Below, in pieces: positions 12,230 to 25,862 of a stretch of 64,000 nt of DNA; positions within the stretch are counted from its first letter, which is position 1; the number at the start of each line of letters is the position of its first letter. Under the pieces are notes generated by a model, which was not told where the DNA came from, made no database searches, and saw only the letters and a list, made by a program, of their open reading frames with translations. The position numbers were made by a program, and so were the translations under genes. This DNA is from Eledone cirrhosa (Eukaryota), in NCBI GenBank assembly GCA_964016885.1, contig OZ024740.1, forward strand, positions 387,438,001-387,502,000. The letters run 5' to 3'.

Positions 12230-14345
12230 GCAATCCCAAGTTGGCTTGTTCCATAGAGATGCAGTTCTACTTTGAAACCTTTTTCATGATGTTAGGAATA
12301 CAAAGGAAGTGTGGATGGTTTACCTCAATTGACTTAGCGAGATGTGTCCTAGAGGAGAAAGTCTAGGTTTTGGGTACTGGAGAGAAGTTCATCAGAGCAT
12401 TTTTCACAAAAATAACAATAGAGTAATGCAAGCTTTGCAGTGTCACATCTTTGAGACACTAGCTTGAGAGATGAGAAGAGCTAGTCTCCAACAAGGTTAC
12501 ACAAGTGACTATGAACTCTAACTAGATTGGTTAGGGATTTCTTAGCTGCACCACCCCTGATGTGACAATAGTACTCTATTTTTGGTCTAATCTGACTCTT
12601 GTAAAGATACACAATTGCAAACAGAGTCAAATATTTTCTTGAACAATAGAAGGATCCTATCATTATTCCAGAAGCATTGGTAATTGATCGAATATAGGAG
12701 TTCCAATGGAGAACTGGAGTGAAATTTTAGGCCTAAGTGTGATTCAAAGCAGGAGCTTCTGTCAATGAGGAATCATCTGTATGAACAGGGAGAAAGTTTG
12801 GGACATTATGATGGTGGTGGAAAGAAAAAAGCTAAGTTTTTGAGGTGTTGAAAGTAATAAGCCATTCGTTTCCCCATTGAACAGTGCACTCTAAGTCAGC
12901 TGCCAGGGATAGGTCATTGTGGTTTCAAGACATACACCCATAGACTGTGGTGTCATCTTCATAAATGTCAACAAATGATCTTAAGATGTGGTCAGGAAGA
13001 TCATTTATAAATATAAAAAAAAGTGTTGGTCCAAGGAGAGACCCCCATGGCACACTAACATTGATTCTATGACCATCTGATGTTACACCATTCTCCACAA
13101 CTTTCAGAGATCGATTAGAGAGAAAAGACTTAATTCTAACATGCACCTTCCTAGAAATACTATAACTTGTAAGTTTGTGAAATAGTCCCCTGCGCTACAC
13201 TTTATCAACAACTTTGGAGATATCTAGGGCAATAGCCCTGGATGCAAAACCACCATTTAGGGATCACTAATCCTATATGAAATGGCAGTCAAAACATCTG
13301 CAGTGGACCAGCCAGAACAAAAACCATACTGCATGTCGCTCAGGAGATTGCTATTAGCAAGTGATTAAGAACCTTCTTGTTGATAGCAGACTCCCAGAGT
13401 TTGCTGATAATGTTAAAAAAAATGATAAGGCAATACTGGGAGAGGGAAGAATGCTTGCCAGCAATCTTTAAGACAGGGCAAACAGAAAATATTTTCTTTC
13501 CAGGATATTGGGAAACATCTCTATTTCAGGCAGCGATTAAAAAGCTTAGCTAGAATAGGAGATGTTTCAGGAGAAAGGTATTTGAGAACTACTACTGGAT
13601 GTTATCTAGCCTAGTTGCCCTGTTTGAATCAAGATTTTTCAGGAGCTTTGCTAGATCTTGGGTAGACACAGAGATGTCACTAAGAAGATCATTGGTTTGA
13701 ATAGGAATGCAAGACTAGAATTTGAGGCAAAATTTGTAGCAAAAAAGTTTGCTTCATCAAAAAGAGGATGAACGAACCTCAGGGCCATTGATAATTGTAG
13801 GTACAGAAGCTTTGCATCTATTAAGAATCTTGTTTGTGATTCTCCAAAATTCATGAGAACCTAGTCTCTCACGTTCCATCCTAGACCGGATTGATTGAGC
13901 ATAGCTATCCTTTGCATTTTTAACACTCTCTTGCAGTGGTTTCGAGCAGTCTTAAAGGCTGTATGTGTCTCGATAGACCTGTTCTACTAGTAAAGATGAA
14001 AGTAGTAGTTATGGTAAGCAATGGCAGCTGCACATTCTGGTGTATACCAGGTTGGCTATTAGGCCCTTTGCTGATAACTTTCTGATGGTATGAAGTTTTT
14101 GATATCAGCAAAGATCCAATCCGAAATAGAAGCTAACTATGAGTCTCTATTTTTGCCTCAGCATTGAAAGATCTAAAGTCATCTCAATCAGCCTTGGAGT
14201 AAGGGAAAACTGTTTGACGGAAAGGGACATCAGGAGATTTGGTGATGACTCTCATAAACACAACTGTGGTCAGAGAATCCAAGAGTAGGTAATATCGATG
14301 GATTACAGAGATCTGGGCATATGGTGAAGAAGAGGTCAAGCAACT
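12230..14345 (-). mobile_element. Old degenerate APE-RT LINE (CR1/L2/Jockey group)
   Basis: RT motifs SVPWGSLLGPTLFFIFINDL and YEDDTT (12925-13146) and IRPKIEY (12481-12663); many stops and frameshifts. Confidence 0.75.
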
Positions 14346-14694
14346 TGACTCTTACTCATTTTAAAGGGTTTCTATTTGAATTAAAAAGGATTAATAATTT
14401 TAGTAAATACCTCAAAATTTTTTTATTACTGTATATACTTTAATATAAGCTGACCCTTCCACCTATTTTATGTCTGAGAAATGAGCAAAAATACAAACCC
14501 CATTTATAAGCCGAGGCAGCTAATCAACACATTATGTTTAGATTGCATGGTTTTGAAATTCTCATGAGTATAGAATATGTTTATGAAGTTTTTATATTTT
14601 GATGTTTAAGATGTTTTAAGTGTCGTTTAAAGTATAGTTTTTGCTTCACAACTTCATTATGGAATGTTTTTTTGCCATTTTATCCATTTTATAG

Positions 14695-15155
14695 TGTAGT
14701 GACCTACATTCCGCGGGCTCACATACATTCTCTGTTCGTGATTTGGCTCAGCTCAGCCAATCAGCGCCAGTAGAAGAGGATGTATCCCTACACGTTCTGA
14801 GGGAGAAATAGCCCGCAAAGATTTGAGGACGCTATCACTCGCAGCTGGACCATGCTAAGGTAAAACACGCTTGTTCTTTTGCTCCGTAAGCACAAACAAT
14901 ATGTAACGACAAAACATTACCTACGAGCCTGGCCAAACGCCTTCAGCCAGTCGCCCGTATTTTCTCTTGTAATCTTAATTGAATTGTTTCATTTCTCTTG
15001 GCATGCCAACTTAATTCACTTCTTAACCATTGTTAATAAATAATGTAAAACCAAGCTAAAGTCGTTGTCGATATTCCTATCATATCTCTCTACCAAACCC
15101 GGTTCCTCGTGGCAACCTTACCAACTTCTATATACTTGTCCGCTAAATTGGTGAC
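14695..15155 (+). mobile_element. LTR (Gypsy-like) with a PBS stub
   Basis: Starts TGTAGTGAC and ends with a degenerate inverted end GTCCGCTAAA (15138-15147), followed directly by TTGGTGAC. Contains CCAAT and AATAAA. The first ~130 bp recur at 55681. Confidence 0.6.
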
Positions 15156-16400
15156 TTATATTCAACAAAGAGAAACATTTCTTTCCTTTAATAGTTTCAA
15201 CAAGTTTCTCAAATGTTTGTTTAGTTCCAGCCACTCACATGCTGGGAGTAGTTGAAAGCGATAGAATAAGAGAACTTCATATAGGGATTCATAGAGTAGA
15301 AAAAGGAGGGAGAGACTGCAAGCAAGAGTGAGGAGAAGCAGAGTGAGAAACGAGGGCAAGAGCGAGATTGACAGCAATAAAACAAGTCAGAAGTAAGATT
15401 GAAAGAAAAAGTAATATTAAGTCAGAGAAAAACAGTTGGCGTGAGTGTATGTGTGTACACGTGTACATACATGTATGTGCATGCGTATGTGTGTATTCGA
15501 TATTTATGTATTAAAAAGCTCAATTATAAACATTTATTGGAAATATTTTCAAGGGAACAAATGCATAGATAACACTAATGATGATGCATTAAATTTACAA
15601 AAACAGTGTTTGATTGTAAAATAATCACTCTAGATATTTTACCACCTTGTTTAGAATTCGAAGTTGGAGAAAATCATCAAAATATTGACCCTGAACATAA
15701 CATAACCCCCCCCCCCCCACACACACACACACATGCACACTTTACCATTGATTTTTTGGTCACATATTCCTCAGCTTATCATTGAATATATATAGTAATT
15801 ACTTGAAATTATATGAATTTCATTAAAAACACAACCATGAAAGCATTAAACCATTCCACCAATAAAAACAGTAAAACAAATTTGTTCAAGTTATCCTCAA
15901 ACAAGGAACCTTGTTCGAATGTTTGCAACAGACTTGTCGACATGAAAGGTACTAAATGTTAGGTGATTGTGTTAAACTAGGCAATAGAAAATAACCTTTT
16001 TCATACCAAACCAACCCTGGTTCTATGATAAAAAAACAAACCCTTTGCTAAGTTATGTTTCTAACACCAACTTAACGAGAAAGTTCTATTATTGCTAAAT
16101 TCCTCCAAATTCTTGATTTTGAAAATTATTTGAAAAATATAGGCAGTGTTCCTCATATTGTAATGAAAGGGTTAAGTCAACATCCAAGAACACATACAGT
16201 CCATCCATTGAGCTTCCACACTGCTTTTGTCAACTGAAGTTACACAAAATAACAGGGAAGATCCCAAACTCAGACAGAAAATATTTGCAAACAGTGCTGA
16301 AAGATTGCAAAGTGAACGTATTAATCATATAGCCATGTCTGTGTTTGTAAGTAACTTAAATGTACAACAATATCTAATACCTACAAGTATGAAAACTCAT

Positions 16401-16630
16401 TTAACCCTTTAGCATTTACATTACTCTTTATTTACTATTGAATTTTCACAGTAAACACTTTATCTTGCATAATTATTTCACATAATATCGAATCTACGAG
16501 ATTTTGACATTATTTATTTTGAGAACAACACCTTAATATAAGTATAAGCAGCTGGTTATTGCTGGTTTGAAAAGAAAGAGGTGAGAGAATTCTGGACGGA
16601 TACGGCCGGTTTAAATGCTAAAGAGTTTTA
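16401..16630. mobile_element. piggyBac-type MITE
   Basis: ttaacccttttagcattta...taaatgctaaagagttt; ends ~40 bp from the exon 2 donor. Confidence 0.7.
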
Positions 16631-16667
16631 AAAACTGAAATACAAATGATATATTTAATGCACATAC

Positions 16668-16744
16668 CTCTGCTCTGTCTCGAATTCTCTGTAAGTTTAC
16701 TTGCTGTTTTAGAGGTGTTGAAAATGAATCTGACTGATTATCTT
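16668..16744 (-). CDS. SOAT1: Host gene coding exon 2 ((E)DNQSDSFSTPLKQQVNLQRIRDRAE); SOAT1-like
   Basis: Acceptor tttttattcttgcag and donor GAG|GTATGT; 77 nt, phase 1 in and phase 0 out; open frame that joins the next exon. Confidence 0.7.
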
Positions 16745-17648
16745 CTGCAAGAATAAAAATTAAATTTCTTTTAAAAACAAAATGTGATAGATGTATTGAA
16801 TGAAAATTACACCAAATCACACAACAAAGGTACCTATACAAGACAGCTTGACTTGCTAGAAATAGCAGCCAAATCTTCAACAAATTTCACACTACCATCT
16901 CAAATATAAGTGTTTGATAAGAGTTGACCTGGTGCTATATAACATTATTTCCACACCACCTAACTTAACCCTTTATACAGTAACCCACCCCAAACTGCTT
17001 CTATTCAAGTGTTACTAAAATCTTATAATTACATAGCTGATATTAGATTTCAGTATTTACATATTTGTCATTTATTATTAAATTGAAGGAGGGCAGTGAA
17101 TTGGCAGAGTTGTTAGAACAGCAGACAAAATGCTTTGCAGCATTTAGTTACAGCCCCTTAGGTTCTGAGTTCAAATCTTGCCATGGTCAACTTTGCCTTT
17201 CATCCATTTGGGGTTGATAAAACATAGTACCAGTCAAACACTGGGGTTGATATAATCGACTTTCCTTTCCAAGTTTGCTAGCCTTGTACTTATATTAAAA
17301 AAACCTTATTAAGTTAAAGGTAAGGGTGGCAGATTGACAGAATTGTAAGAGCATAAGAAAAAATGCTTTGAAGTATTTTTTCCAGTTCTTTACATTGAGT
17401 TCAAATCTCACCGAGATCAACTTAGCTTTCATCCTTCTGGGGTTGATAAAAATAAAATACGAGTCAAATATTGGGTTGATTTATTTGACTTATTCCTTCC
17501 ACTAAATTGCTTGTCTTGTGACTAAATTAGAAATCATTATTTATTTGAAAGGTTAGTTATTTCACCAAATCTCTCATAAATCTTAATTATTTTGATAATT
17601 AAAGCATAAAGACAGTATATTCTTATTAAAAATATGTCATAAAGCAGT

Positions 17649-17960
17649 TACTCTCAGGTCTTGAATACCCCCACCCCAGCTTATTAATTTCTCAGATATT
17701 TTCCAAACCACCCACTTATTAAATTTTGCTTATCTATCTCCAGCAAAATGTTATTGTAACTGATTCATATTGATACAGCAGCTGGAGAATCTAATAATTA
17801 TTTTATTTTACATAAAAAAACATTATATAAGACAAAAAAAGAACATTACAAGAAATCCCATATTTATGAACATACACTGTACAATTACCAACCCCTTAAC
17901 TCCCTTATAAGAATTTAAGCAAATGTCCAACCACCCCCACTTATTTGAGACCCGAGAGTA
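17649..17960. mobile_element. TA-flanked MITE (Tc1/mariner-pogo-like)
   Basis: TIRs tactctcaggtcttgaata / tatttgagacccgagagta; a lone right end recurs at ~22717-22759. Confidence 0.6.
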
Positions 17961-19123
17961 AGTAAAGACACAAATCTGAACTCATGAAGACATTTTATCA
18001 ATATTTAGATCATTTGAGGTGAAAGTAATATAAATTGATCTATTAATTTTTTTATTTTTTTTTACACAAACAGCAAATTTAATAGCCTTGCTTCCCTAAT
18101 AACGTATTTCATAAGTATAAGTTCAAAGCTATTCATTTAACTTAATAATATTTTACACAATAAAAATTTATTTTGCAATATTTCATTTAAATACTTCTCA
18201 AAACCTTAAATACTGACCACTAAATTGAAAATAAAATGTCTCTTCTAGTTAGGTTTGTATTTCAACATAATAATCAATGAGACTCCATGCTTAGAAGTGT
18301 GCCCATCTATTTCAGCAATGATGTGTGTGTGTATGAATGTGTATATATGTATGCATGTGAGTGAGTGTATGTATGTATGTATGTATGTATGTGTGTATGT
18401 GGCCATTATAACTAGTGATGTAGGCATGTCTTGGGTATTTTAAACCTGGTGGAGCCTATCCCCTCTACAAATACAAAGAAAGCCAGATTTCTTTCAGAAG
18501 AAAAAAGAGATATAGAAGAAGAATCAACCCCAGTACTAAACTGGTACTTGTTTTATTGACCTCGAAAGGATGAAAAGCAAAGTTGGGCTCAGCAGGTTTT
18601 GAAATCAGAGTGTAAAGAGCTGGAAAGAATACAGCAAAGCGTTCTATCTAATGTCTTTATGACTGCCAATTCACTGCTTTACCATTGGTCATCATCATCA
18701 CCACCGTTTTATGTCAGTTCTTCCATGCTAGCATGGGTTAGATGGGTTGTCCTGTTGTGGGATATTATTATCTCATATTAAGTAATGAAAAAAGGGGTAA
18801 GGAGTAAAGAAGGGCAGATCTGGTTGACCATAGAATTTGTTTGTACCGCGGCAGACAGTCAGGTGTTTACTAAATTGTGGTGACGTCATTGTTTCGGCAG
18901 ACAGTTTCGTTGCCAAGACGAACTCACTCAGTGACAACACTGTTAGCCAATCACAACGTATAACTTTGCCTTTCATCCTTACGGGGTCGATAAAATAAAG
19001 CATCAGTAATACACTAGGATAATTGCTGGCCTTGTGCCAAAAGTAGAAACAATTATTTACTGTATTTGCATGAGGATATTTATTTGAGTGAAATGGAAAA
19101 AAAATGAAAAAAAAATGAAAAAA

Positions 19124-22100
19124 AAACCCAGACTCATCAGGCTGTCTTTCTCGGACCCCGCAGAAGCAACCTCATATCATCTGGCCTCTGCTAAAGCTGG
19201 GCGTGAAAATCGGATTACCTTCCGAACACGCCCAGGCCTACCACCCCATGTACGTCCAAAACTACGTGCTGCAGCTTCCTTGAATCGGAACTCAGCACAA
19301 GATGAAAGTTTCAGTCTGCGTGATGATGGGTAGATCTGGAGGTTTGTCAAGGCTGGTGAAACGTGGAAGAGAGATACCAGCTGGTCTGAGTGTGATCTAC
19401 CCACAATAACTGGCAATGTAAAAACTGCTACAACTCTGGGAAACTAAACCAGAACAACCTGCCACCCTCTACACACCATCATAAACTGCAAGCAGGGTAC
19501 AAATTGTTGTCCTTAAATGCTCGCAGTTTATGCAACAAGATACATCTGTTCGAATCCTACGTCAGAAGCATCGACTCTGACTTCATCACAGTCACGGAAA
19601 CATGGGCACATTCCTTACTCTGTGATGGGGTTTTCACCATTACTGGGTACAACCTTTTCCGCAAGGACCGCATTAACCGCCGTGGTGGTGGTGTGATGGT
19701 CTACGTTCGTTCAAACTTTTCGGTAATTCCTTGCGTTGATTTGAACGAATCACAGGAAGAAGTTTTTTTCTGTGACATACGTATGACCATGTCAACACTT
19801 CTGCTTGGTGTTGTTTATCGCCCCCCAAACTACCATCAGGACACACAGCTTTGCGATATCCTCAGAGTTGCTGCCAAGAAAACAGCCACTTATGTGTTTA
19901 TTGCAGGTGACTTCAATCATCCTGAGATCGATTGGGAAACCTTTCGTTGGCCACAGGGTGCAAACGATTTCCTTGAACTAGTGCTGGACTCAAACTGGTC
20001 ACAAGTAGTCACCTCTCCAACAAGAGGTGACAACACTTTGGACCTGATCTTCACCACTACTCCTGAAGTGGTTATCAGTTGTACTACTGAGGAACCTCTA
20101 GGCGACTCTGATCATGCTATGATCATTGCCAATCTGGCACTTGAGGGCAGCAACAAAAACCAGAGCCATCTCCAATCTGCTTGCTTTGATTGGAAGAGGG
20201 CGTATTGGAACTTGTACTGCACTGAGCTACAGCGCCCAAACTGGCATGAGATGTATAACTCTGGAGATGTAAACTCTATACTCCAGAGCATCCTGGACTC
20301 AATATGGATAGCGTGTGCAGCATCAGTGCCACGGAAGCGGAAAAATAACCACCCCAAAAGTGCAATTTGGGAAACTTCAGCAGTCCGACTTGCCAGGAAA
20401 GAACGTCGGAACGCTGAACGGGAATATAAACTGCATAGATCAGATGCCAACAGAAAAAAGCGGAATAAATCTTCTAACCATCTCAAGCAAGTGACAAAGA
20501 AGGCAGTGCTTGAATTTGAACAGTGCATCGCAACCAATCCTGACAGTAAGGTGTTCTGGAAATATGTTCACTCAAAGCAGAGACCTCACTCTCCAGTTGG
20601 TCCTCTTCGCAATCCCCACACAAGTCAGATCACTGACGATCCCAAGGAATGCGCAGAACTCATTGCTGAGTGCTATGCAAGTATTTTTACTGTTGAAAAC
20701 CAGAATGTACCATCTCCACCATCTCTAACATCAAATTCCATAACAACTATGGAATTTACACCTGCAATGTTGCGACGTCACCTTAAGAATAAGCGCAACT
20801 ATGCCTCCCCTGGTCTTGATGGTGTGACATACCTGCTTCTCAAACGTGGCGGGGATTTCCTTTTGTGCCAGCTTTCTTTTTTCTTTCAATACTGTCTCAG
20901 CAATGGTGCTACTCCGGAGCAGTGGAAAACTGCCAGTGTCATTCCCCTGTTCAAAAAGGGCAACCGCATGTCACCTGTCAACTATCGTCCAGTCAGTCTT
21001 ACTAGCTGTATGGCCAAACTGATGGAATCCTGTGTCAGAGAAACACTTTGGAACTTCTGGAGCTCTCACAGCCTCATCCGGCCCTCACAGTTTGGATTTA
21101 TCCCTAACTCCAGCTGCTGTGATCAGCTTATCGAGTTCCTTGAGGACATCACCCGGATCACTGACAGCGGCTCATGGGTGGATGTTGTTTACCTTGACTT
21201 TGCTAAGGCTTTTAATTCTGTGCCACACAAAAGACTTATGGCAAAACTCTCTGCAATGGGTGTGAGGGATGATCTTTTCGACTGGCTGAAATCCTTCATT
21301 CTCAGCCGAAAGGAAGTAGTCACGGTTCTAGGACAGCATTCTTCACCATATGAGATGTCATCTGGTGTACCACAGGGATCTGTTCTTGGTCCTCTTTTGT
21401 TTGTGGCATATATTAATGACATAGATGCCAACTTACAGAATGCCACGGTACTAAAATATGCAGATGACATCAAGCTGTACCTTGAAATCAAAAGGACTGA
21501 TCCTGAAATTTACAACTCTTTCCTACAATCAGACCTGGACACAATGCAGCAATGGATCACAGACTGGCAACTGAAGCTGGCTGTGGACAAGTGTACCACC
21601 ATGCATTTTGGAAGGAAAAATCCAGCGTCCACATACTCCCTCCACAACACTGACATCAAAAAGTCCTCTTGTGAACGTGACCTGGGCATTACTGTCAGCA
21701 ACGATTTGCGTTGGACAAAGCATGTCTCTAAGATTGTCAAGAAGGCCGAGGGTGTCTTGGCATCATTCAGCAAGACCTTTGTTAGCCGCTCTCCAGCCAT
21801 CTATTTAAAACTGTATACAGCTATGGTGCGACCACACTTGGAATTCGCATCATCAGTCTGGAACCCCTATCTTGCTCGGAACATTGACCTCCTGGAAACT
21901 GTTCAGAGACGTGCAACCAAGCGCATACCCTCCATCAGACACCTACCATACTCTGAACGCCTTGCTTCCCTGGCATGGATTCATTGAAGCTCCGACGTCT
22001 GGCAATGGACTTGGTGAATACCCACAAAGTTTTTAACCATCTCGCCAACTGCAACCCTGAGCGCCTCTTTGATCTCCATGTGTCTAACACACGTGGACAT

Positions 22101-22555
22101 GCCTACAAGATAAGAAAACAGCACAGCTCCCATGACTTTCGCAGACATTTTTTCACGCTCAGAGTTGCTGAAGCATGGAACAAACTGCCTGCGTCAATTG
22201 TTAGCTGCCGAGACACTGCATCCTTTAAGACACTCATGCTTCCTGAAATACGCCAAAACTACACCTGATGTGCCCCTTCCATACACATGCACACGTGTGT
22301 ATCATGACTCGTGCACTGTTCATTTTACTGATGTTTGTGCATTGCCCTATGTACTGTACATGCACTTTTTTGATGGGTTGTGGTGCACCTGGGCACTGTG
22401 CACAATATTTCATTATTGTTATTATTATATCATGACTCATACACTGTTTATTTTCCTGACATTTGTACATTATTCTATGTACTATACATGCACCTTTGAT
22501 GAGTTGTAGTGCACTTGAGCACTGTACACAATAATTTCATTATTATTATTATTAT
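19124..22555 (+). mobile_element. Second, 5'-truncated copy of the CR1/L2-group LINE
   Basis: Begins mid-ORF1 after an A-run; highly similar to 4257-7550; duplicated 3' terminal segment; (ATT)n tail. Confidence 0.95.
19438..22268 (+). pseudogene. Nearly intact ORF2 (APE + RT): 827-aa open stretch plus one late frameshift near 21970
   Basis: ORF track 19504-21987 and 21975-22268; GDFN, SDH, PGLDG, PQGSVLGP, YADD. One G is missing relative to copy 1 (ccctggcatgg vs ccctgggcatgg). Confidence 0.92.
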
Positions 22556-23273
22556 ATAGCTCTCACCTATACAGGTTTAGCTGGCCCTACAGGGCTGTAT
22601 CTCATAGGAGGTTTCATAGGTGTTTTAATGGAATATACTTTATGATGTAAGAATATACTAAGAATATACTTTATGATTCAAGTGAAGAAGTGATGTGAAT
22701 AGGTAGTTGTGAATGTAAGCAAATGTCCAACACCCCCTATTATTTGGGGCCCGAGAGTAAGATGAAATGAGCTGGTGTTGAATATGTAAAAGTTATTAAA
22801 TAACTTTTATAAGCAAGTTTTTTATGAAGTCCATTACATGTACACTAACTAACAAACATACATTTATAGTCTAGGTGACACACACACACACACTGGCTAA
22901 CAATTACTGATAGGTATATATAATATATATTCTTCTATTGGTTTCAGTCACTAAACTATAGCCATACCTTTTTGAGTCCATCATATCAACTCGTGTACTT
23001 ATTTTATTGATCTCCTTTTTTGTTGAACTGCTAAATTACAGGACACAAACATGCACACAATTGTAAACACATACACACACACAAGTTATACTAGACCTGA
23101 AAAATGCGCAAGCTCAAAAGAGCCACCTTCAAAAGTGTGGGTCTAGAGTTATTGCTCAAAAATATTGTAATCATTATCTATCGTACACTCTGTGGCATCC
23201 TTTTATAAAAAAGAGACTCATAACGAACTCAAGACGACACGATAATTATTTAAGCTAATGTTCAATATCTCAT

Positions 23274-24290
23274 ACCAGATAGAAAAATGCGTACAGCAAA
23301 AAAAAGTAATATTGTTGGAATATAAACCTTTAAAAATACAGGACAAGAAACTAAAATAAAACTTTAATAGAATGGGGCAGGAAACTAAGATAAAACTTTA
23401 AAGAATTGGACAAGAAATAAAAAATGTTACAATAATATTAGTGGCAAAATTTTTATTGGTAAAAAATCGAGTTCCACATTCATTGGCTCTGGGTTCCACA
23501 TTCAGAGGTCGTCGTCAGACCGGGGGGATCATTTGATCCTGGTTTGAACACCAATTGGGCCATAACCATACCCCTATTTCATGATTCGGCGACACGCCTC
23601 ATGTGTCATGCATAATGTGAATGGACCCATGGGCCCATGAGCACAGATCTTGAGCAGCAGCGGACGGTCTTGTCGTACCGCTCATCCTTGATCTTGACCA
23701 ACCCGTCCATCTTCTCCTTGAGTTCAAGTCCGGCAGTCCAGATGAATGCGTGCCACAGCTTTCTGGTACAGGAAAGGGGAGCGGGAGGACTGGAGGGATG
23801 ACGGGACAGAGGGAGGGAGGACTGGTGGTTGAGGGAGGTGCCGTAGTCGGTGGTCAGTGTCGACATCTTGTCCCGGTCGTCTTCTCCATCTTCGTCTGGT
23901 GTTGCGGGACCAGAAGTGCATTCTTGGAGGAGACCTGCAGCTGCATCGGCCAATTCTTCTTGCAATGGTCATTCTGACGGAGCAGAACTGCTCAGCCAAC
24001 CAACCCCAACCAGAACCAACCGCTCAGGGGCAACGCACAATGAGAGCATGACAATTATTATGCACTAATCAAGAAGATACTGGGGCATAGCACAGGAAAC
24101 AAATAAAAAAATTTTGCCACTAATATTATTGTAACATTTTTTATTTCTTGTCCAATTCTTTAAAGTTTTATCTTAATTTCCTGTCCCATTCTATTAAAGT
24201 TTTATTTTAGTTTCTTGTCCTGTATTTTTAAAGGTTTATATTCCAACAATATTACTTTTTTTTGCTGTACGCATTTTTCTATCTGGTCTA
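23274..24290. mobile_element. Nested element with ~180-bp inverted repeats around a GC-rich core
   Basis: 23274-23456 is the reverse complement of ~24107-24287. The terminus TAGACCAGATAGAAAAATGCG is related to the outer TIR terminus. Confidence 0.8.
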
Positions 24291-24581
24291 CTATTTTTTA
24301 AGGCAATGCAAGCAACAACTATCTAATAATTAAATGATCATAGTGAATTACTGACAAGTGATTGACATTTTAAAGTTCTTTTGAGTATAATTGCAATCTA
24401 GTTGAGGCAACTGGCTTAATGACAAAGCTAGTAAATCATGAATGCATTTGAGATGATTAGTGCATAATAGTGAATTGGGGAAACTTGTGCATTTCAATGG
24501 TGTTACAACAATAGATGTAAGTTAGTGAAGATTGGGCAAGTTCAATTTTTGAATCATTTCTTTCATGCAGTAATTAAACTT

Positions 24582-25862
24582 TTCCAAACGTCGTCATTTC
24601 TGGATTACCTCCCCTAGCGTCACGCTTACTACTCACTCACTTGAACACAAGATTTATCAGCAAACTTTGATTATAAACTTTTTCCCGCTGGACCAAATTT
24701 CTAGATTTTTAAGCCTAAAGATGCGTAATGATCTACTGTTCATGCTGATATAAGTTTTATCTCAGTTAAATAAAGTAGAGCCGCGCTGTACTGTCGTCGT
24801 CCGTTTAGGATATGGCGACGTACACAAATATACACACATACATACATACATACATATATGGTGACGTACACAAATATACATATACACACATACATACATA
24901 TATGGCGACGTACACAAATATACATATACACATACATACACACATATATGGCGACATACACAAATATACACATACACACATATACCGCGACATACACAAA
25001 TATACATATACACACATACATACTGCATATATGGCGACGTACACAAATATACATATACACATACATACATGGCGACGTACACAAATATACATATACACAC
25101 ATACATACAAACATAGATGGCGACGTACACAAATATACATATACACATACATACATATATGGCGACGTACACAAATATACATACACACACATACATACAT
25201 ACATATATGGCGACGTACACAAATATACATATACACACATACATACAAACATATATGGCGACGTACACAAATATACATATACACATACATACATATATGG
25301 CGACGTACACAAATATACATACACACACATACATACATACATATATGGCGACGTACACAAATATACATATACACACATACATACATATATGGCGACGTAC
25401 ACAAATATACATATACACACATACATACATATATGGCGACATACACACATACATACATATATGGCGACGTACACAAATATACATATACACACATACATAC
25501 ATATATTGTGACATACACAAATATACATATACACATATACATACATATATATATGGCGATGTACACAAATATACATATTCCAAACGTCGTCATTTCTGGA
25601 TTACCTCCCCTAGCGTCACGCTTACTACTCACTCACTTGAACACAAGATTTATCAGCAAACTTTGATTATAAACTTTTTCCCGCTGGACCAAATTTCTAG
25701 ATTTTTAAGCCAAAAGATGCGTAATGATCTACTGTTCATGCTCATATAAGTTTTATCTCAGTTAAATAAAGTACAGCCGCGCTGTACTGTCGTAAACAGA
25801 CGATTGCCAACGAAAACACGACCACAACAATATTACTAAACGGACTACCGTCCGTTTAGGAT
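24582..25862 (+). repeat. Direct repeat pair (24582-24811 and 25578-25862) flanking the minisatellite
   Basis: Both begin ttccaaacgtcgtcatttctggattacc and end cgtccgtttaggat; the first copy lacks ~55 bp near its 3' end. Confidence 0.9.
24811..25578. repeat. Minisatellite of ~18 units, mostly 42-48 bp (ATGGCGACGTACACAAATATACAT plus CA/TA filler)
   Basis: Read directly; produces low-complexity ORFs on both strands. Confidence 0.95.

Noticed and set aside
24811-25578. CRISPR-like array with a conserved 24-bp core
   Set aside because: The spacers are near-identical CA/TA filler rather than unique sequence; eukaryotic context; no cas genes.
24740-25749. Six 210-284 aa ORFs
   Set aside because: Translation artefacts of the minisatellite (Y/I/H/T or V/C/M/Y repeats).
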